A stretch of DNA of 64,000 bases from Candidatus Latescibacterota bacterium (GTDB lineage: Bacteria > Latescibacterota > UBA2968 > UBA8231). A model generated the notes under the pieces. It saw nothing but the letters and a program-made list of their open reading frames with translations. It made no database searches and was not told the origin of the DNA. The translations under genes were made by a program, and so were the position numbers. Of the stretch, positions 28,200 through 38,448 are shown piece after piece (within the stretch, counting starts at the first letter, position 1; the number at the start of each line of letters is the position of its first letter). Location: the NCBI GenBank assembly GCA_964291625.2, contig OZ220089.1, forward strand, positions 4,032,001-4,096,000, read 5' to 3'.

Positions 28200-28837
28200 G
28201 CGACTGGCTGCAGGACGGCACCACCTTCCTCTTCATCGGCGACAGCATCACCGACTGCGGGCGCCGCGATGTCGAGGCCCCGCTGGGCAACGGCTACGTG
28301 CGCACCTTCACCGAGCTGGTGACGGCGCGCTGGCCGGAGCGCCGCATCGAGTGGATCAACAAGGGCATCGGCGGCAACAAGGTCTCGGACCTGCACGGGC
28401 GCTGGCGCGACGACGTCCTCTCCCATCGCCCCGACCGCCTGTCCGTGAAGATCGGCATCAACGACCTGCACTCGTCCCTGGGGGGAGCCCCCGACGCCGT
28501 GCCGCCGGAGCGCTTCGAGGCCCTCTACGACGAGGTCCTCGGGCTCACCCGGCGCGAGCTGGACTGCCCGGTGGTGCTCATCTCGCCGTTCTACATCTCC
28601 CTGAACGAGGACGGCGACGACTTCCAGGCCCAGGTCCTCGACCTCCTTCCCCGGTACATCGAGGTCGTGGAGCGCATGAGCGAGAAGTACGGCACGCGCC
28701 TCGTGCGCCTCCAGGACGTCTTCCGGGAGCACCTGCGCTACCGCGGCGCCGGGAGCTTCTGCCCCGAGCCCGTCCACCCGAACCACGCGGGCCACACCGT
28801 CATCGCCCAGGCCCTGCTGGAAACCCTGGAGAGCTGA
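28196..28837 (+). CDS. SGNH/GDSL hydrolase
   Basis: GDSITD, NKGIGG, IGIND, EPVHP motifs. Confidence 0.9.
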   Translation: MSDWLQDGTTFLFIGDSITDCGRRDVEAPLGNGYVRTFTELVTARWPERRIEWINKGIGGNKVSDLHGRWRDDVLSHRPDRLSVKIGINDLHSSLGGAPDAVPPERFEALYDEVLGLTRRELDCPVVLISPFYISLNEDGDDFQAQVLDLLPRYIEVVERMSEKYGTRLVRLQDVFREHLRYRGAGSFCPEPVHPNHAGHTVIAQALLETLES

Positions 28838-28852
28838 CGGACACAGGCCGTC

Positions 28853-29887
28853 ATGCGCATCACCGACGTCCACATCCACCAGCCCTGCGGCCTGCTGCGC
28901 CTGCGCACCGACACCGAGCTGGAGGGCTGGTGCCCCGGCGTCGACGAGAGCAGCGCCGGCCACATCCTCCGGTCCTGCCGCGACACCGTCGTCGGCGCCG
29001 ACCCCATGGAGCGCGAGCGCCTGTGGAACGAGCTGGTCCGCCTCGACCGCTTCGCCTACCTGCCCCACTCGGTGCGGGGCTATCTCGACGTGGCCCTGTG
29101 GGACCTGGCCGCCAAGGCCTGCGGCGTGCCCGTCTTCCGCCTCATCGGCGGTTTCCGCGACCGCCTCCCGGCCTACAAGATGGGGCCCAACCTTCCGACG
29201 GTGGGCGCCTTCGTGGAAGCAGCCGTCACCGCCCGCGACGAGGGGTTCTTCGGGTACAAGGACCACTGCTACCACGGGCCGGAGACGATGATCCAGGTCG
29301 CCCGCCAAGCCCGCCGCGCCGTGGGGCCGGACTTCCACCTCATGCACGACGCCGTGCAGACCTACACCTATTCCCAGGCCCTGCGCGTCGGCCGCGCGCT
29401 GGAGGAGGAGGGCTACTTCTGGTTCGAGGAGCCCCTGCGCGACTATGACCTCATGGGCCTGAAGCGGCTGGCCGACGCCCTCGACGTGCCCATCGCCGCC
29501 GCCGAGTACCTGCCCGGCTCGGCGTTCTCCACCTCGCAGCTGCTGGCCCGGCAGGCGGTGGACATCGTACGCGCCAGCGTGCCCTGGCGCGGCGGCATCA
29601 CCGACATGCTCAAGATCGCCCGCCTGGCGGAGAGCTTCGGCGTCAACTGCGAGATCACCTCCAAGGGCGTGGGCTTCGGCTTCGTCCACGCCCACGTCAT
29701 CGGCGCCCTGCGCAACTGCACCTGGTTCGAGGCCACGGCCACCGGCTCCCAAGGCGGGGAGCCGCTGATCCGGAATCCGCTACACCTGACAGACGGCCAC
29801 CTCCCGGTGCCGCAATCCCCCGGCCTCGGGCTGGAGCTGGACTGGGCCGCCGTGGAGCGCGAGACCGCCGCCGTCATGGGGGCCTGA
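28853..29887 (+). CDS. Mandelate racemase/muconate lactonizing enzyme family protein
   Basis: DVALWDLAAK, YKDH, LMHD, WFEEP, PGLGLELDW. Confidence 0.88.
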   Translation: MRITDVHIHQPCGLLRLRTDTELEGWCPGVDESSAGHILRSCRDTVVGADPMERERLWNELVRLDRFAYLPHSVRGYLDVALWDLAAKACGVPVFRLIGGFRDRLPAYKMGPNLPTVGAFVEAAVTARDEGFFGYKDHCYHGPETMIQVARQARRAVGPDFHLMHDAVQTYTYSQALRVGRALEEEGYFWFEEPLRDYDLMGLKRLADALDVPIAAAEYLPGSAFSTSQLLARQAVDIVRASVPWRGGITDMLKIARLAESFGVNCEITSKGVGFGFVHAHVIGALRNCTWFEATATGSQGGEPLIRNPLHLTDGHLPVPQSPGLGLELDWAAVERETAAVMGA

Positions 29888-29893
29888 GGAACG

Positions 29894-31084
29894 ATGCAGA
29901 TCCGGGACGTGCGCATCTACATCCGGCCGGGGGAGCCGCAGGCGCGGTCGGTGGGCCACCGCGGCGGCATGGAGAAGGCGCCCCCCGGCCTGTCGGGGCT
30001 GTTCACCCACGCCGCCGGCTTCGGGGCGCCGCCGGAGCTTCCCGCCGGCTGGCTTGAGGCCTGTACGGACGAAGCCCTCCATCCCACGTGGACCGCTACC
30101 CTGCGGCTGGTCACCGACGGGCCGCTGGACGCGTACACCAACTTCGGCGGCGGCTTCCACCCCGAGGAGCTGACCCACCAGGCGCGGCGCTTCAAGGTCG
30201 AGATCGGCCCGCTGCTGCTGGGCGTAGACGCCTTCGACCGCGAGTATCTCTGGCAGCGCCTGTGGTACACGCAGCGCTTCTACTACACCGGCCGCGGCGT
30301 GGTCGACATGGTGGACCGAATGTTGTGGGACCTGGCCAGCCGCCACGCCCGGCAGCCCGTGTACCGCCTCCTCGGCGCCTGCCGCGAGAAGGTGCCGGCC
30401 TACCGCAACTACGGCGGGAACACCATCGACGAGCTGGTGGCCAATGCCGTGAAGGTGAAGGAGGACGGCTTCCAGGGCGCCAAGGACCACTCCTACCGCG
30501 GCGTGCGCGGCAACGCCGAGCTGGCCCGGGAGCTGCGCGCCGCCCTCGGCGACGACTTCATCCTGCTCCACGACCCGGTGGAGTCATACACCTACGACGA
30601 GGCCGTGCAGATCGGCCGCGTGCTGGAGGAGCACGACTACACCTGGATCGAGGAGCCCCTGCAGGACTACGACCTGCTGGGACTGAAGAAGCTGTGCGCC
30701 ACCCTCGACCTGCCGGTGCTGGCCCTGGAGTGGATCGGCCACCTCGGCGGCCAGCCCTTCCAGACCGCCCCCTACCTGGCCATGGAGGCCGTGGACATCG
30801 CACGCCAGCGCGGCGTCGGCATCACCGGCCAGATCAAGCAGGCCCAGCTCGCCGAAGCCTTCGGCGTCGAGGTCCACGGCGGCGATCCCCACGCCATCCT
30901 GGCGGTCCCCAACGATCCCCTCTTCGAGACCGGGGGCCAGGGCCCCCGCCCTCCCGAGGACCAGATCGACTGCCGCGGCACGGCGTATGTCGAGGACGGG
31001 TACATGTCCATCGCCTGGAACGACCGCGTCCCCGACGAGCCGGACTGGGATCAGGTGGAGCGGGACTCGGTGGCGGTGGTGTGA
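29894..31084 (+). CDS. Mandelate racemase/enolase superfamily protein; left flank of the island
   Basis: DRMLWDL, AKDH, LLHD, WIEEP motifs; ends WDQVERDSVAVV*. Confidence 0.85.
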   Translation: MQIRDVRIYIRPGEPQARSVGHRGGMEKAPPGLSGLFTHAAGFGAPPELPAGWLEACTDEALHPTWTATLRLVTDGPLDAYTNFGGGFHPEELTHQARRFKVEIGPLLLGVDAFDREYLWQRLWYTQRFYYTGRGVVDMVDRMLWDLASRHARQPVYRLLGACREKVPAYRNYGGNTIDELVANAVKVKEDGFQGAKDHSYRGVRGNAELARELRAALGDDFILLHDPVESYTYDEAVQIGRVLEEHDYTWIEEPLQDYDLLGLKKLCATLDLPVLALEWIGHLGGQPFQTAPYLAMEAVDIARQRGVGITGQIKQAQLAEAFGVEVHGGDPHAILAVPNDPLFETGGQGPRPPEDQIDCRGTAYVEDGYMSIAWNDRVPDEPDWDQVERDSVAVV

Positions 31085-31088
31085 GGGG
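31053..31088 (+). repeat. Enolase-gene 3'-end repeat, copy 1 (native)
   Basis: AGGTGGAGCGGGACTCGGTGGCGGTGGTGTGAGGGG; also at 31682-31712 and 38324-38359. Confidence 0.85.
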
Positions 31089-31097
31089 AGGGTGACC

Positions 31098-31409
31098 ATG
31101 CACGCCGCCATCGCTGACAAGAAGGATGAACTGGCACAACTCTGCCGGCGCTTCGGCGTGGCTCGCCTCGAAGTCTTCGGCTCGGCTGCGCGCGGCGTGG
31201 ACTTCGATCCAGAGACCAGCGACGCCGACTTTCTTGTGGAATTCAATCCCCACAGCGAACTGGCCCCGTTCGACCAGTATTTCGACTTCGCCGATGCCCT
31301 GCGCCGCACCCTTGCGCGCCCCGTCGATCTCGTCGAATCCGGCTCAATCGACAACCCGTACCTGTGGGCAGCCATCCAAGGCTCCCGTGAGTTGGTCTAT
31401 GGGTCCTGA
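31098..31409 (+). CDS. Minimal nucleotidyltransferase (MNT) antitoxin
   Basis: VFGSAARG...SDADFLVEF...PVDLV. Confidence 0.9.
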   Translation: MHAAIADKKDELAQLCRRFGVARLEVFGSAARGVDFDPETSDADFLVEFNPHSELAPFDQYFDFADALRRTLARPVDLVESGSIDNPYLWAAIQGSRELVYGS

Positions 31410-31677
31410 CCCTCGCGTCCTGCTGGCGGACATCGACCGGGCGGGTGCGGACATCAGCCGCTTCACAGAAGGCATGTCCGGCGACGCCTATGCCGGCGAT
31501 GCACTGACGCAAGCGGCGGTCGAGCGCAAGTTCGAGATCATCGGCGAAGCCCTGAACCGCCTGCACCAATCTCACCCGGACCTTGCCGAGCGGATTCCCC
31601 GGCTGCGCCGGATCATCGACTTCCGGAACTTCCTGATCCATGGCTACGCGAGCGTGAGGCCCGAGCGGGTGTGGTAG
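31399..31677 (+). pseudogene. HEPN (DUF86) toxin, C-terminally truncated (92 aa)
   Basis: AVERKFEIIGEA...FRNFLIHGY motif; stops at ERVW*, where the family normally has one more helix; stop lies in the enolase-end copy. Confidence 0.75.
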
Positions 31678-31712
31678 GCGATGGAGCGGGAGGGGGTGGC
31701 GGTGGTGTGAGG
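31672..31712 (+). repeat. Enolase-gene 3'-end repeat, copy 2 (diverged)
   Basis: TGG TAG GCG ATG GAG CGG GAG GGG GTG GCG GTG GTG TGA (W*AMEREGVAVV*) versus native WDQVERDSVAVV*. Confidence 0.8.
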
Positions 31713-31840
31713 CTTCGCCGTGGCGCGATCATCACACCGCCCGTCGGAAGGGCGAGCCCCCTGCCGCAAGCGCCAATCAATAGCCTCTCAGTTCAGGAAA
31801 GTAGTTGCCGAGCAACAAGAAAAACAGGAAGAGCGGGTCT

Positions 31841-32695
31841 ATGCAACGATACTATTCGACTGAGCAGTCATACAATAAGATCTATGTATGCGAGGCATTA
31901 CCGGATGGTGACCTATCAACAGGAATTCAGTTAGCGAGGGACACCCTAAGACCCCTCTGTGATGTGAAAGGGGTTGGCTTAGAAGCCTGCAGAATTGGGG
32001 AGAAGCCAGAGTTTGGGGTCTTCATGAGTCGAGTCAAGTGTCAAGCGAAGAAGCAAGGTGTCTTTCCAATAATCCACCTTGAAATCCATGGACTAAGAGA
32101 CAAGTCGGGACTCCATCTGCCATCAGGTGAGATAGTTAGATGGGGTGAGTTCACTGATAGGTGTCGGGAGATCAATGAGCATTGTTCGAATAACCTTCTT
32201 GTAGTCTTGGCTGTCTGCCATGGGTTTCACTCGGTACTACAAGTAACTATAACCAAGTTGACTCCCTTCTTTACCCTGATAGGCCCAACCGAGACAGTAT
32301 GTGCTGGACAGATAGAAAGAGATTTTCCAGGATTCTATCAGGAACTCCTGAATTCTCACGACTTGACATCAACGGTCTCCATTCTTGGTGATCCCTACCG
32401 GTTGTATCTTTGTGAGCAAGTCTTCGCGACTGGCCTCGTCGCGTACATCAACAATCACTGTCGAGGAAAGGGGCGACAGAAGCGAGTCAATGAACTCCTT
32501 ACAAAGGTAAGAGAGTCAAGTAGTGGACTGCTCATTTCAACCGGAGGTGCACGAAGACTGATCAAGAAGCTAGTCAAGCCAGACGTAAGCGACTTAGAGA
32601 GACATAGAGCCACATTCCTGATGGCTGACGATCCGGCAAACAGAGGGAGATTCACCGCTACTCTAGATGATCTGATCGAACTCTCTTACACCTGA
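31841..32695 (+). CDS. Low-GC protein with caspase/CHAT-like His-Cys motifs
   Basis: PIIHLEIHG and LLVVLAVCHG resemble the CHAT H..HG and LxxC dyad; markedly AT-richer than the backbone. Confidence 0.6.
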   Translation: MQRYYSTEQSYNKIYVCEALPDGDLSTGIQLARDTLRPLCDVKGVGLEACRIGEKPEFGVFMSRVKCQAKKQGVFPIIHLEIHGLRDKSGLHLPSGEIVRWGEFTDRCREINEHCSNNLLVVLAVCHGFHSVLQVTITKLTPFFTLIGPTETVCAGQIERDFPGFYQELLNSHDLTSTVSILGDPYRLYLCEQVFATGLVAYINNHCRGKGRQKRVNELLTKVRESSSGLLISTGGARRLIKKLVKPDVSDLERHRATFLMADDPANRGRFTATLDDLIELSYT

Positions 32696-32874
32696 CAGGG
32701 GGAGGCAACCAAAGGGTGCGGTGAGCCCGGTTCCGAAGGATCTGCAAACGATGATCTCGGGACTGCTTGGCCTTGGCGGTGCCCTCGGCGCCTTGACCCA
32801 GAGCCCAAGAGATGCCTCTTTTCTTGCCACACTTACCCAAGCACACCGTGTCTGTTGTTGGGAGGTTTTGATCT

Positions 32875-34665
32875 ATGGAAGGAAGCCCTATCAGTCTCAA
32901 TGGGTTGCTCATTGGCAACCAAGTGTTCGATATCCCCGTCTACCAGAGAGGCTATGCCTGGGAGAGGAAGAACCTAGAAGATCTGTGGGAGGACCTCTAC
33001 TACCTCGAGCCTTCCAAGAAGCACTACTTCGGTACGGTGCTTCTCAAGGACTCCGGGACCGTTCAAGCCACCTTGGCGACTTTGGATCAGCTCGATGTGA
33101 TAGACGGCCAGCAGCGGCTTACGACTGTCCTGATACTGCTGCGAGAGGTTATCTCGCAACTGAAGGAGGTAGGAGACGATGAGCTGCGGGGAAATCTGGA
33201 TAAGCTGGAGAGGGACTATCTGAAAGATGGTGCCAATTACAAGCTGAACCCTCCGGGTGAGGATGGCAGCTTCTTCCACCAAGTTGTCATCGACGGAAAC
33301 GATTTTCTGGCCGGGGAAACTAGAACGCGCGCCCAGCGCCGTATGGCGGAGGCCAAGACATTCTTCAGAGATCGGCTTGTCGGAGAGAAGGAGAAGGAGC
33401 CTTTGACATACCAGGGCTTCTTGGTGCGATTCAAGCAGAAGATCGACGACCTTCAGCTCATACAATACCGGGTCAACTCGGATACGGATGCCATTCGCAT
33501 CTTCGAGACCGTCAACGACCGGGGCCGCCCGCTGAGCAGTCTCGAGAAGACAAAGAGTTTCCTGATGCACACCTCATACCTTGGGATCAGAGACGCCGCC
33601 GCTGTGGCCGGAAGGCTCGAAGAGTTGAACGGTCACTTTTCCAGGATGTACGGTCACTTCGAGGACGCGAGTGGGCCCAAACACAGCAAAGGTCTGCGCA
33701 TCGGCGAGGACGACGTTCTCCGTTACCACTTCATAAACCACGTTTCCCCGGTCCGAGACCCTTCGTTGCGCCCCTTCGAGAGCCTAAAGGAGAGCATCAG
33801 GGGCAAGCTGAGGAGAGACCCTGGTGAGTGTGTCGAGTATGCGATCGACTACGCTGTTGATCTGGAGAGGGCCTTCTTGGCCTTGAAGCAAATTGCCGAA
33901 GCCACCAGGCAGGACAGAAGAGGCGGGACTCTCAGCAAGTTATTCATGCTGGAGAGGATGGCGAACATTTTCCCGCTCTTGATAGCCTCCTGGCTGAGGT
34001 TCGGAGGTGATGGTCCATGCATAGAGAGGATTCTGAAAGTCCTGGAGGCATTCATCGTTCGTGTGTACCTGTTGTGTGGATACCGGAGCGATACCGCCAT
34101 GACTGAATTCCATAGGAAGGCTCACAGGGTGCATGGCAAGGAATTGGACTACGACGGGCTGCTTGCTGAGCTAGGTAGCTCAATTGAACGTTACGCTAAC
34201 AACGATCAGTTCAAGAGGGCGCTTGGTCAGGAAGACCTATTCTTTCGGCTGAGCTCAAGAGATATGAAGTACCTGCTGAGCGAATACGAAATCCATCTCC
34301 GTGCAAGGGGTGATGTGCCTCTCGCTGTCGCGACACAGGAGAGTGTCCTGACAGCCGAGTACGAGGTAGAGCATATCTGGCCCCAGAATCCGTCCCATGC
34401 AATGGACGTAGAGGAGGAGTCGGAACACCGTCAGAGTGTCCATCGGCTTGGGAACCTGACCATAGCTTCCAAGTCTTGGAACGCAAGCATGGGGAACAAG
34501 ACGTTCCAGGAGAAACAGTCCCAGCTTGGAGAGCGACCAAGCTACTCAAACTCCACTCTGCTGGTACAGAAGGAGCTGGCCAACCTTCCCTCCTGGGACA
34601 TCGAGGCGATCCACGATCGGGAAGCGAGGATAGTGGCCTTCGCGATGCAGAGGTGGTCCGTATAG
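32875..34665 (+). CDS. DUF262 + DUF1524 (GmrSD-like) modification-dependent endonuclease
   Basis: IPVYQRGYAW, VIDGQQRLTT, IFETVNDRG, EHIWPQ...LGNLT...N motifs; GGAGG RBS. Confidence 0.92.
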   Translation: MEGSPISLNGLLIGNQVFDIPVYQRGYAWERKNLEDLWEDLYYLEPSKKHYFGTVLLKDSGTVQATLATLDQLDVIDGQQRLTTVLILLREVISQLKEVGDDELRGNLDKLERDYLKDGANYKLNPPGEDGSFFHQVVIDGNDFLAGETRTRAQRRMAEAKTFFRDRLVGEKEKEPLTYQGFLVRFKQKIDDLQLIQYRVNSDTDAIRIFETVNDRGRPLSSLEKTKSFLMHTSYLGIRDAAAVAGRLEELNGHFSRMYGHFEDASGPKHSKGLRIGEDDVLRYHFINHVSPVRDPSLRPFESLKESIRGKLRRDPGECVEYAIDYAVDLERAFLALKQIAEATRQDRRGGTLSKLFMLERMANIFPLLIASWLRFGGDGPCIERILKVLEAFIVRVYLLCGYRSDTAMTEFHRKAHRVHGKELDYDGLLAELGSSIERYANNDQFKRALGQEDLFFRLSSRDMKYLLSEYEIHLRARGDVPLAVATQESVLTAEYEVEHIWPQNPSHAMDVEEESEHRQSVHRLGNLTIASKSWNASMGNKTFQEKQSQLGERPSYSNSTLLVQKELANLPSWDIEAIHDREARIVAFAMQRWSV

Positions 34666-34768
34666 CTCCCCCGCTCGGCGCCTTGCCAATCCACCTTGTC
34701 AGCAGCCGAGCCTCCGCAGGTCCTTGACGGCATGCGGCACAATGGGAGCAGGCACCGGGTAACTCTGC

Positions 34769-35413
34769 ATGGATGACTTGGCGATATCTCAGCTCCTGTC
34801 CTCGCTTGGCTTCGAGGGCAGGGGCGCCAAACGGGCGCTGCAGCGGCTCTACGGGGAAGGTCTGACCCGGCCCGGCAAGACCCGCATCGCCACCGCCAAG
34901 ATCGAGGCGGTGGAGCGCACACTCGGCGCGGCCTTCGTTCGGCACTGCCACAAACCGGCGTGCGAGCCGGTGCCCGGCGAATCACGCGATCCGGTGATCG
35001 TCGCGGCCACGCACTGCGAGAGCTGCGGCGGCAGCGACAACCGGCGTGCCGTGGAGCGGATGCTGAAGGCGATGCGGCAGGTCGGCTGGAGGAAGCTCCT
35101 GGTGGCAGGCGGATCGCCCGGCACGCGAGGCGAGCTCGAGCGGCTCTGCTCCGGCGGGATCGACCTCCGGTTCGTCACCGCGGAGACCAACCCCAACAGG
35201 CGGACCGTGGCGCCTCTGCTCGGCTGGTCGGACGTCGCCGCGATCTGGGCGTCCACCGAGATCTCCCACAAGGCGACTGCGGTGCTGCGCGGCCCCAAGG
35301 TGCTGAGGGTGCCGCGGCGCGGAGTGGCCGCGCTGGCCGAAGCCGTGGTGGCGCGATGCGACATCAGCGCCACAGCCGGGAACAGCGTGTCCGCTTCCGG
35401 CCGATCCGTGTGA
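34769..35413 (+). CDS. Hypothetical protein, Cys-rich segment plus DUF2325-like C-terminal domain
   Basis: CHKPAC...CESC; LLVAGGSP...DVAAIWASTEISH. Confidence 0.6.
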   Translation: MDDLAISQLLSSLGFEGRGAKRALQRLYGEGLTRPGKTRIATAKIEAVERTLGAAFVRHCHKPACEPVPGESRDPVIVAATHCESCGGSDNRRAVERMLKAMRQVGWRKLLVAGGSPGTRGELERLCSGGIDLRFVTAETNPNRRTVAPLLGWSDVAAIWASTEISHKATAVLRGPKVLRVPRRGVAALAEAVVARCDISATAGNSVSASGRSV

Positions 35414-35456
35414 GGTACGACGACAAGGCGCAGGAATCGCAAAGGAGAGCCCGCGA

Positions 35457-36443
35457 GTGCAGTACAAGAACCTGGGCCGCACCGGCGTCAAGGTCTCCCG
35501 CCTGTGCTGTGGTACCATGGCCTTCGGCGGCGATGCGGACGAGTCGACCGCCGGGCGGATGTACCGCTACTGCCGCGAGCTGGGGATCAACTTCTTCGAC
35601 TCGGCCAACATCTATTCCAGGGGGCTCGCCGAGGAGATCCTGGGGCGCTTGATCCAGGGCGAGCGCGATGAGCTGGTCATCGCTTCGAAGGTCTGCGGTG
35701 CGATCGGTGACGGCCCCAACGACCGGGGCCTGTCGCGGCGGCATATCGTGCAGGCCGTGGAGGCCAGTCTCACGCGGCTGCAGACGGACCGCCTCGACCT
35801 GTACTTCGTCCACAACTTCGACGAGGACACGCCGATGGAGGAAACCCTCGCCGCGCTGGACGACTTGGTGCGCGGCGGCAAGATCCTCTACCCGGCGGTG
35901 AGCAACTGGGCGGCCTGGCAGATCGCCAAGGCCCTCGGCCACTGCGCCCGCGAGGGGCTGGCCCCCTTCGCCTGCATTCAGCCCATGTACAGCCTGGTCA
36001 AGCGGCAGGTGGAGGTGGAGATCCTGCCGCTGGCCCGCTCGGAGGGCCTGGGCGTGATCACCTACAGTCCCCTGGGGGGCGGCCTGCTGACCGGCAAGTA
36101 CGGGATCGACAAGCGGCCCGGGCGGGGTCGTCTCCTGGAACTGGACAACTACACCAGGCGCTACGCCAACCCCGTGTTCTACGAAGTCGCCGAGCGCTTC
36201 GTGCGCTATGCCCGCGACCGGGGCGTGCATCCGGTGACCCTGGCTGTCGCATGGGCCATGGGGCATCGGGACGTGACGGCGCCGATCGTCGGCGGGCGCG
36301 ACCTGGACCAGCTCAAGCCGTCCCTCGCCGCCCTCGATTTCGCCATGTCCGACGAGATGCGCGAGGAGGTGTCGGCCCTGTCGATCGCGCCGGCGCCGGC
36401 TACCGACCGCGACGACGACCTGTTCAAGGGGAGAGCGACATGA
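35457..36443 (+). CDS. Aldo/keto reductase
   Basis: LGRTGVKVSRLC, FFDSANIY, ASK, DLYFVH, YSPLGGG. Confidence 0.92.
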   Translation: MQYKNLGRTGVKVSRLCCGTMAFGGDADESTAGRMYRYCRELGINFFDSANIYSRGLAEEILGRLIQGERDELVIASKVCGAIGDGPNDRGLSRRHIVQAVEASLTRLQTDRLDLYFVHNFDEDTPMEETLAALDDLVRGGKILYPAVSNWAAWQIAKALGHCAREGLAPFACIQPMYSLVKRQVEVEILPLARSEGLGVITYSPLGGGLLTGKYGIDKRPGRGRLLELDNYTRRYANPVFYEVAERFVRYARDRGVHPVTLAVAWAMGHRDVTAPIVGGRDLDQLKPSLAALDFAMSDEMREEVSALSIAPAPATDRDDDLFKGRAT

Positions 36444-37936
36444 GGCCCAACATACTGCTCATCGTTTCGGACCAGATGGTCGCCGCGCTGACCGGGGCCT
36501 ACGGCCATCCCGTGGTGCGGACGCCCCACCTGGACAGGCTGGCGGAGGAGGGCGTGCGCTACGACGCGGCCTACACCGCCTTTCCCCTCTGCGCACCGGG
36601 GCGCGCATGCCTGATGACGGGACGCCACGCCTCCGAGATCGGCGCCTGGGACAACGGGGCGCTGCTGGCCGCGGACCAGCCGACCTTCGCCCACTACCTG
36701 TCCGATGCGGGCTACGATACCGTGCTCTCCGGCAAGATGCACTTCATCGGTCCGGACCAGCTCCACGGATTCCGGAGGCGTCTGACCACGGACATCTACT
36801 CCTCCGACTTCACCTGGGTGAGACCGGAATGGATCCGCCTCAAGGAGACCGGGGGACGGGACTGCGAAGAGGTGATGGGCAACCGGTCCAGGTACAATGC
36901 CAGGGGCTACACGGGCGACGGCGTGCGGATCGGGGCGTGGCACAACGCCTTGAGCTACGACGAGGAGACCCATTTCCGCGCGGTCGAGTACCTGCGGTCC
37001 CGGAAGGAAGACGGGAACGACGCTCCCTTCCTGCTGTGCGCGTCTTACCACCACCCCCACGAACCGTTCTGGCCGCCCCTGGACTACTGGAACCGCTACG
37101 AGGGCGCCGAGATCGACCTGCCCTCCTTTCCCGCGGACCTGGACGACCACCGCACCATGATGGACCGGAACCTGAACGCCTACCACGGCACGGGGCGGTA
37201 CGACCTGCGGGACGAGGAAGGGCTCTACCGGCTCCGGCGGGCCTACTACGGCCTGGTGAGCTACATGGACGACAAGGTCGGCGGCCTGCTCGACGCCCTC
37301 GACGAGACCGGGCTGGCGGAGAGCACGGTGGTGGTCTTCGCCAGCGACCACGGCGACATGCTCTGCGAGCGGGAGATGGTGCAGAAGCGGTGTTTCTACG
37401 AGTGGTCCTGCCGGGTGCCCCTGATCGTCCGCCATCCGGATGGCTGGGGCGCGGGTTCGACCATTCCCCACCCCGTTTCACTGATCGATCTTCTGCCGAC
37501 GTTCTGCGATCTCGCGGGGGTGGAGGACCGCCTGCCCCACGACGGTCGCAGCCTCGTGTCACCGACCGCCGTGAACGACGCCGACCGCGTCGTCTTCGCC
37601 CAGGCCCACGAGGCCGTGGGCATGCCGTGCATCATGGCGCGGCAGGGGCGCTACAAGTACCTCCACATTCACGGTTTCGAACCCGCTCTCTTCGACCTGG
37701 ACAACGATCCGGGCGAGTGGCACGATCTCGCCGCCGCAGGGACGCACCGCCAGGTGGAGGAAGGCCTTCGCGGCCACATCCTCGACCGGTTCGACCCGGA
37801 CGCCATGGCGCGGGAGAACCTGGCGAGCCTGTACCGGAGGCGCCTCATCAGGGACACCATGAAGCGGCACGGCCATACCTGGAGCCATGACCCCGCCTTC
37901 GACCATCGCCGGGGCGCCATGGACCAGTACCGGTGA
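36440..37936 (+). CDS. Cys-type sulfatase (choline-sulfatase-like)
   Basis: PNILLIVSDQ, CAPGRA, GKMHFIGPDQLHGF, SDHGDML. Confidence 0.9.
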   Translation: MRPNILLIVSDQMVAALTGAYGHPVVRTPHLDRLAEEGVRYDAAYTAFPLCAPGRACLMTGRHASEIGAWDNGALLAADQPTFAHYLSDAGYDTVLSGKMHFIGPDQLHGFRRRLTTDIYSSDFTWVRPEWIRLKETGGRDCEEVMGNRSRYNARGYTGDGVRIGAWHNALSYDEETHFRAVEYLRSRKEDGNDAPFLLCASYHHPHEPFWPPLDYWNRYEGAEIDLPSFPADLDDHRTMMDRNLNAYHGTGRYDLRDEEGLYRLRRAYYGLVSYMDDKVGGLLDALDETGLAESTVVVFASDHGDMLCEREMVQKRCFYEWSCRVPLIVRHPDGWGAGSTIPHPVSLIDLLPTFCDLAGVEDRLPHDGRSLVSPTAVNDADRVVFAQAHEAVGMPCIMARQGRYKYLHIHGFEPALFDLDNDPGEWHDLAAAGTHRQVEEGLRGHILDRFDPDAMARENLASLYRRRLIRDTMKRHGHTWSHDPAFDHRRGAMDQYR

Positions 37937-38355
37937 CGGGCGGGTCCGGCCGATCCGGCATCCCGCCCGCGGAGCGGCCTTCTGAGAGGGCCGCCGTCCT
38001 GCACCGCGAGTCGATCGTGATCGACGGTCACTGCGACATCCTCATTCCGGTCAGCGACGGCAAGATGACGCTCGACCAGCGGGTCGACCTCCCCGACCCC
38101 GGCAGCTGGGAGCCGCCCCTCGGCTTCGACGCCGGCCCCTTCGCCCAGTTCGGGATGTCGGCGCACACCGTCTGGTTCGGGTGCATGGGCCAGTACGACC
38201 TGCCGCGGTGGCGTGAAGGCGGCGTCACCTCGCAACTCTGCGCGGTCTACCTCGACGACGACCAGCTCAACCGCCCGCTGCACCGCGGGCTCGAGATGAC
38301 CTGGCACCTGCACCATGAGGTCGAGGTGGAGCGGGACTCGGTGGCGGTGGTCTGA
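37933..38355 (+). pseudogene. Membrane dipeptidase N-terminal fragment fused in frame to the enolase C-terminal tail
   Basis: Near-identical to the 5' part of the 40610-41722 dipeptidase up to HHEV, then EVERDSVAVV*. Confidence 0.85.
37981..38324 (+). repeat. 344-bp direct repeat, copy 1 (copy 2 at 40631-40974)
   Basis: Constant offset of 2650 bp; about 6 substitutions counted by eye. Confidence 0.92.
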
Positions 38356-38359
38356 GGGG
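38324..38359 (+). repeat. Enolase-gene 3'-end repeat, copy 3
   Basis: 35/36 identity to 31053-31088. Confidence 0.9.
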
Positions 38360-38448
38360 GAAGGTGGACAGGCGGATTCTCGTCTGGACAAGCGTCTCCT
38401 CCAAGGGATGGTTCACGCCCGCCGAGGGCTTGGCACGTGCATTCCTGG

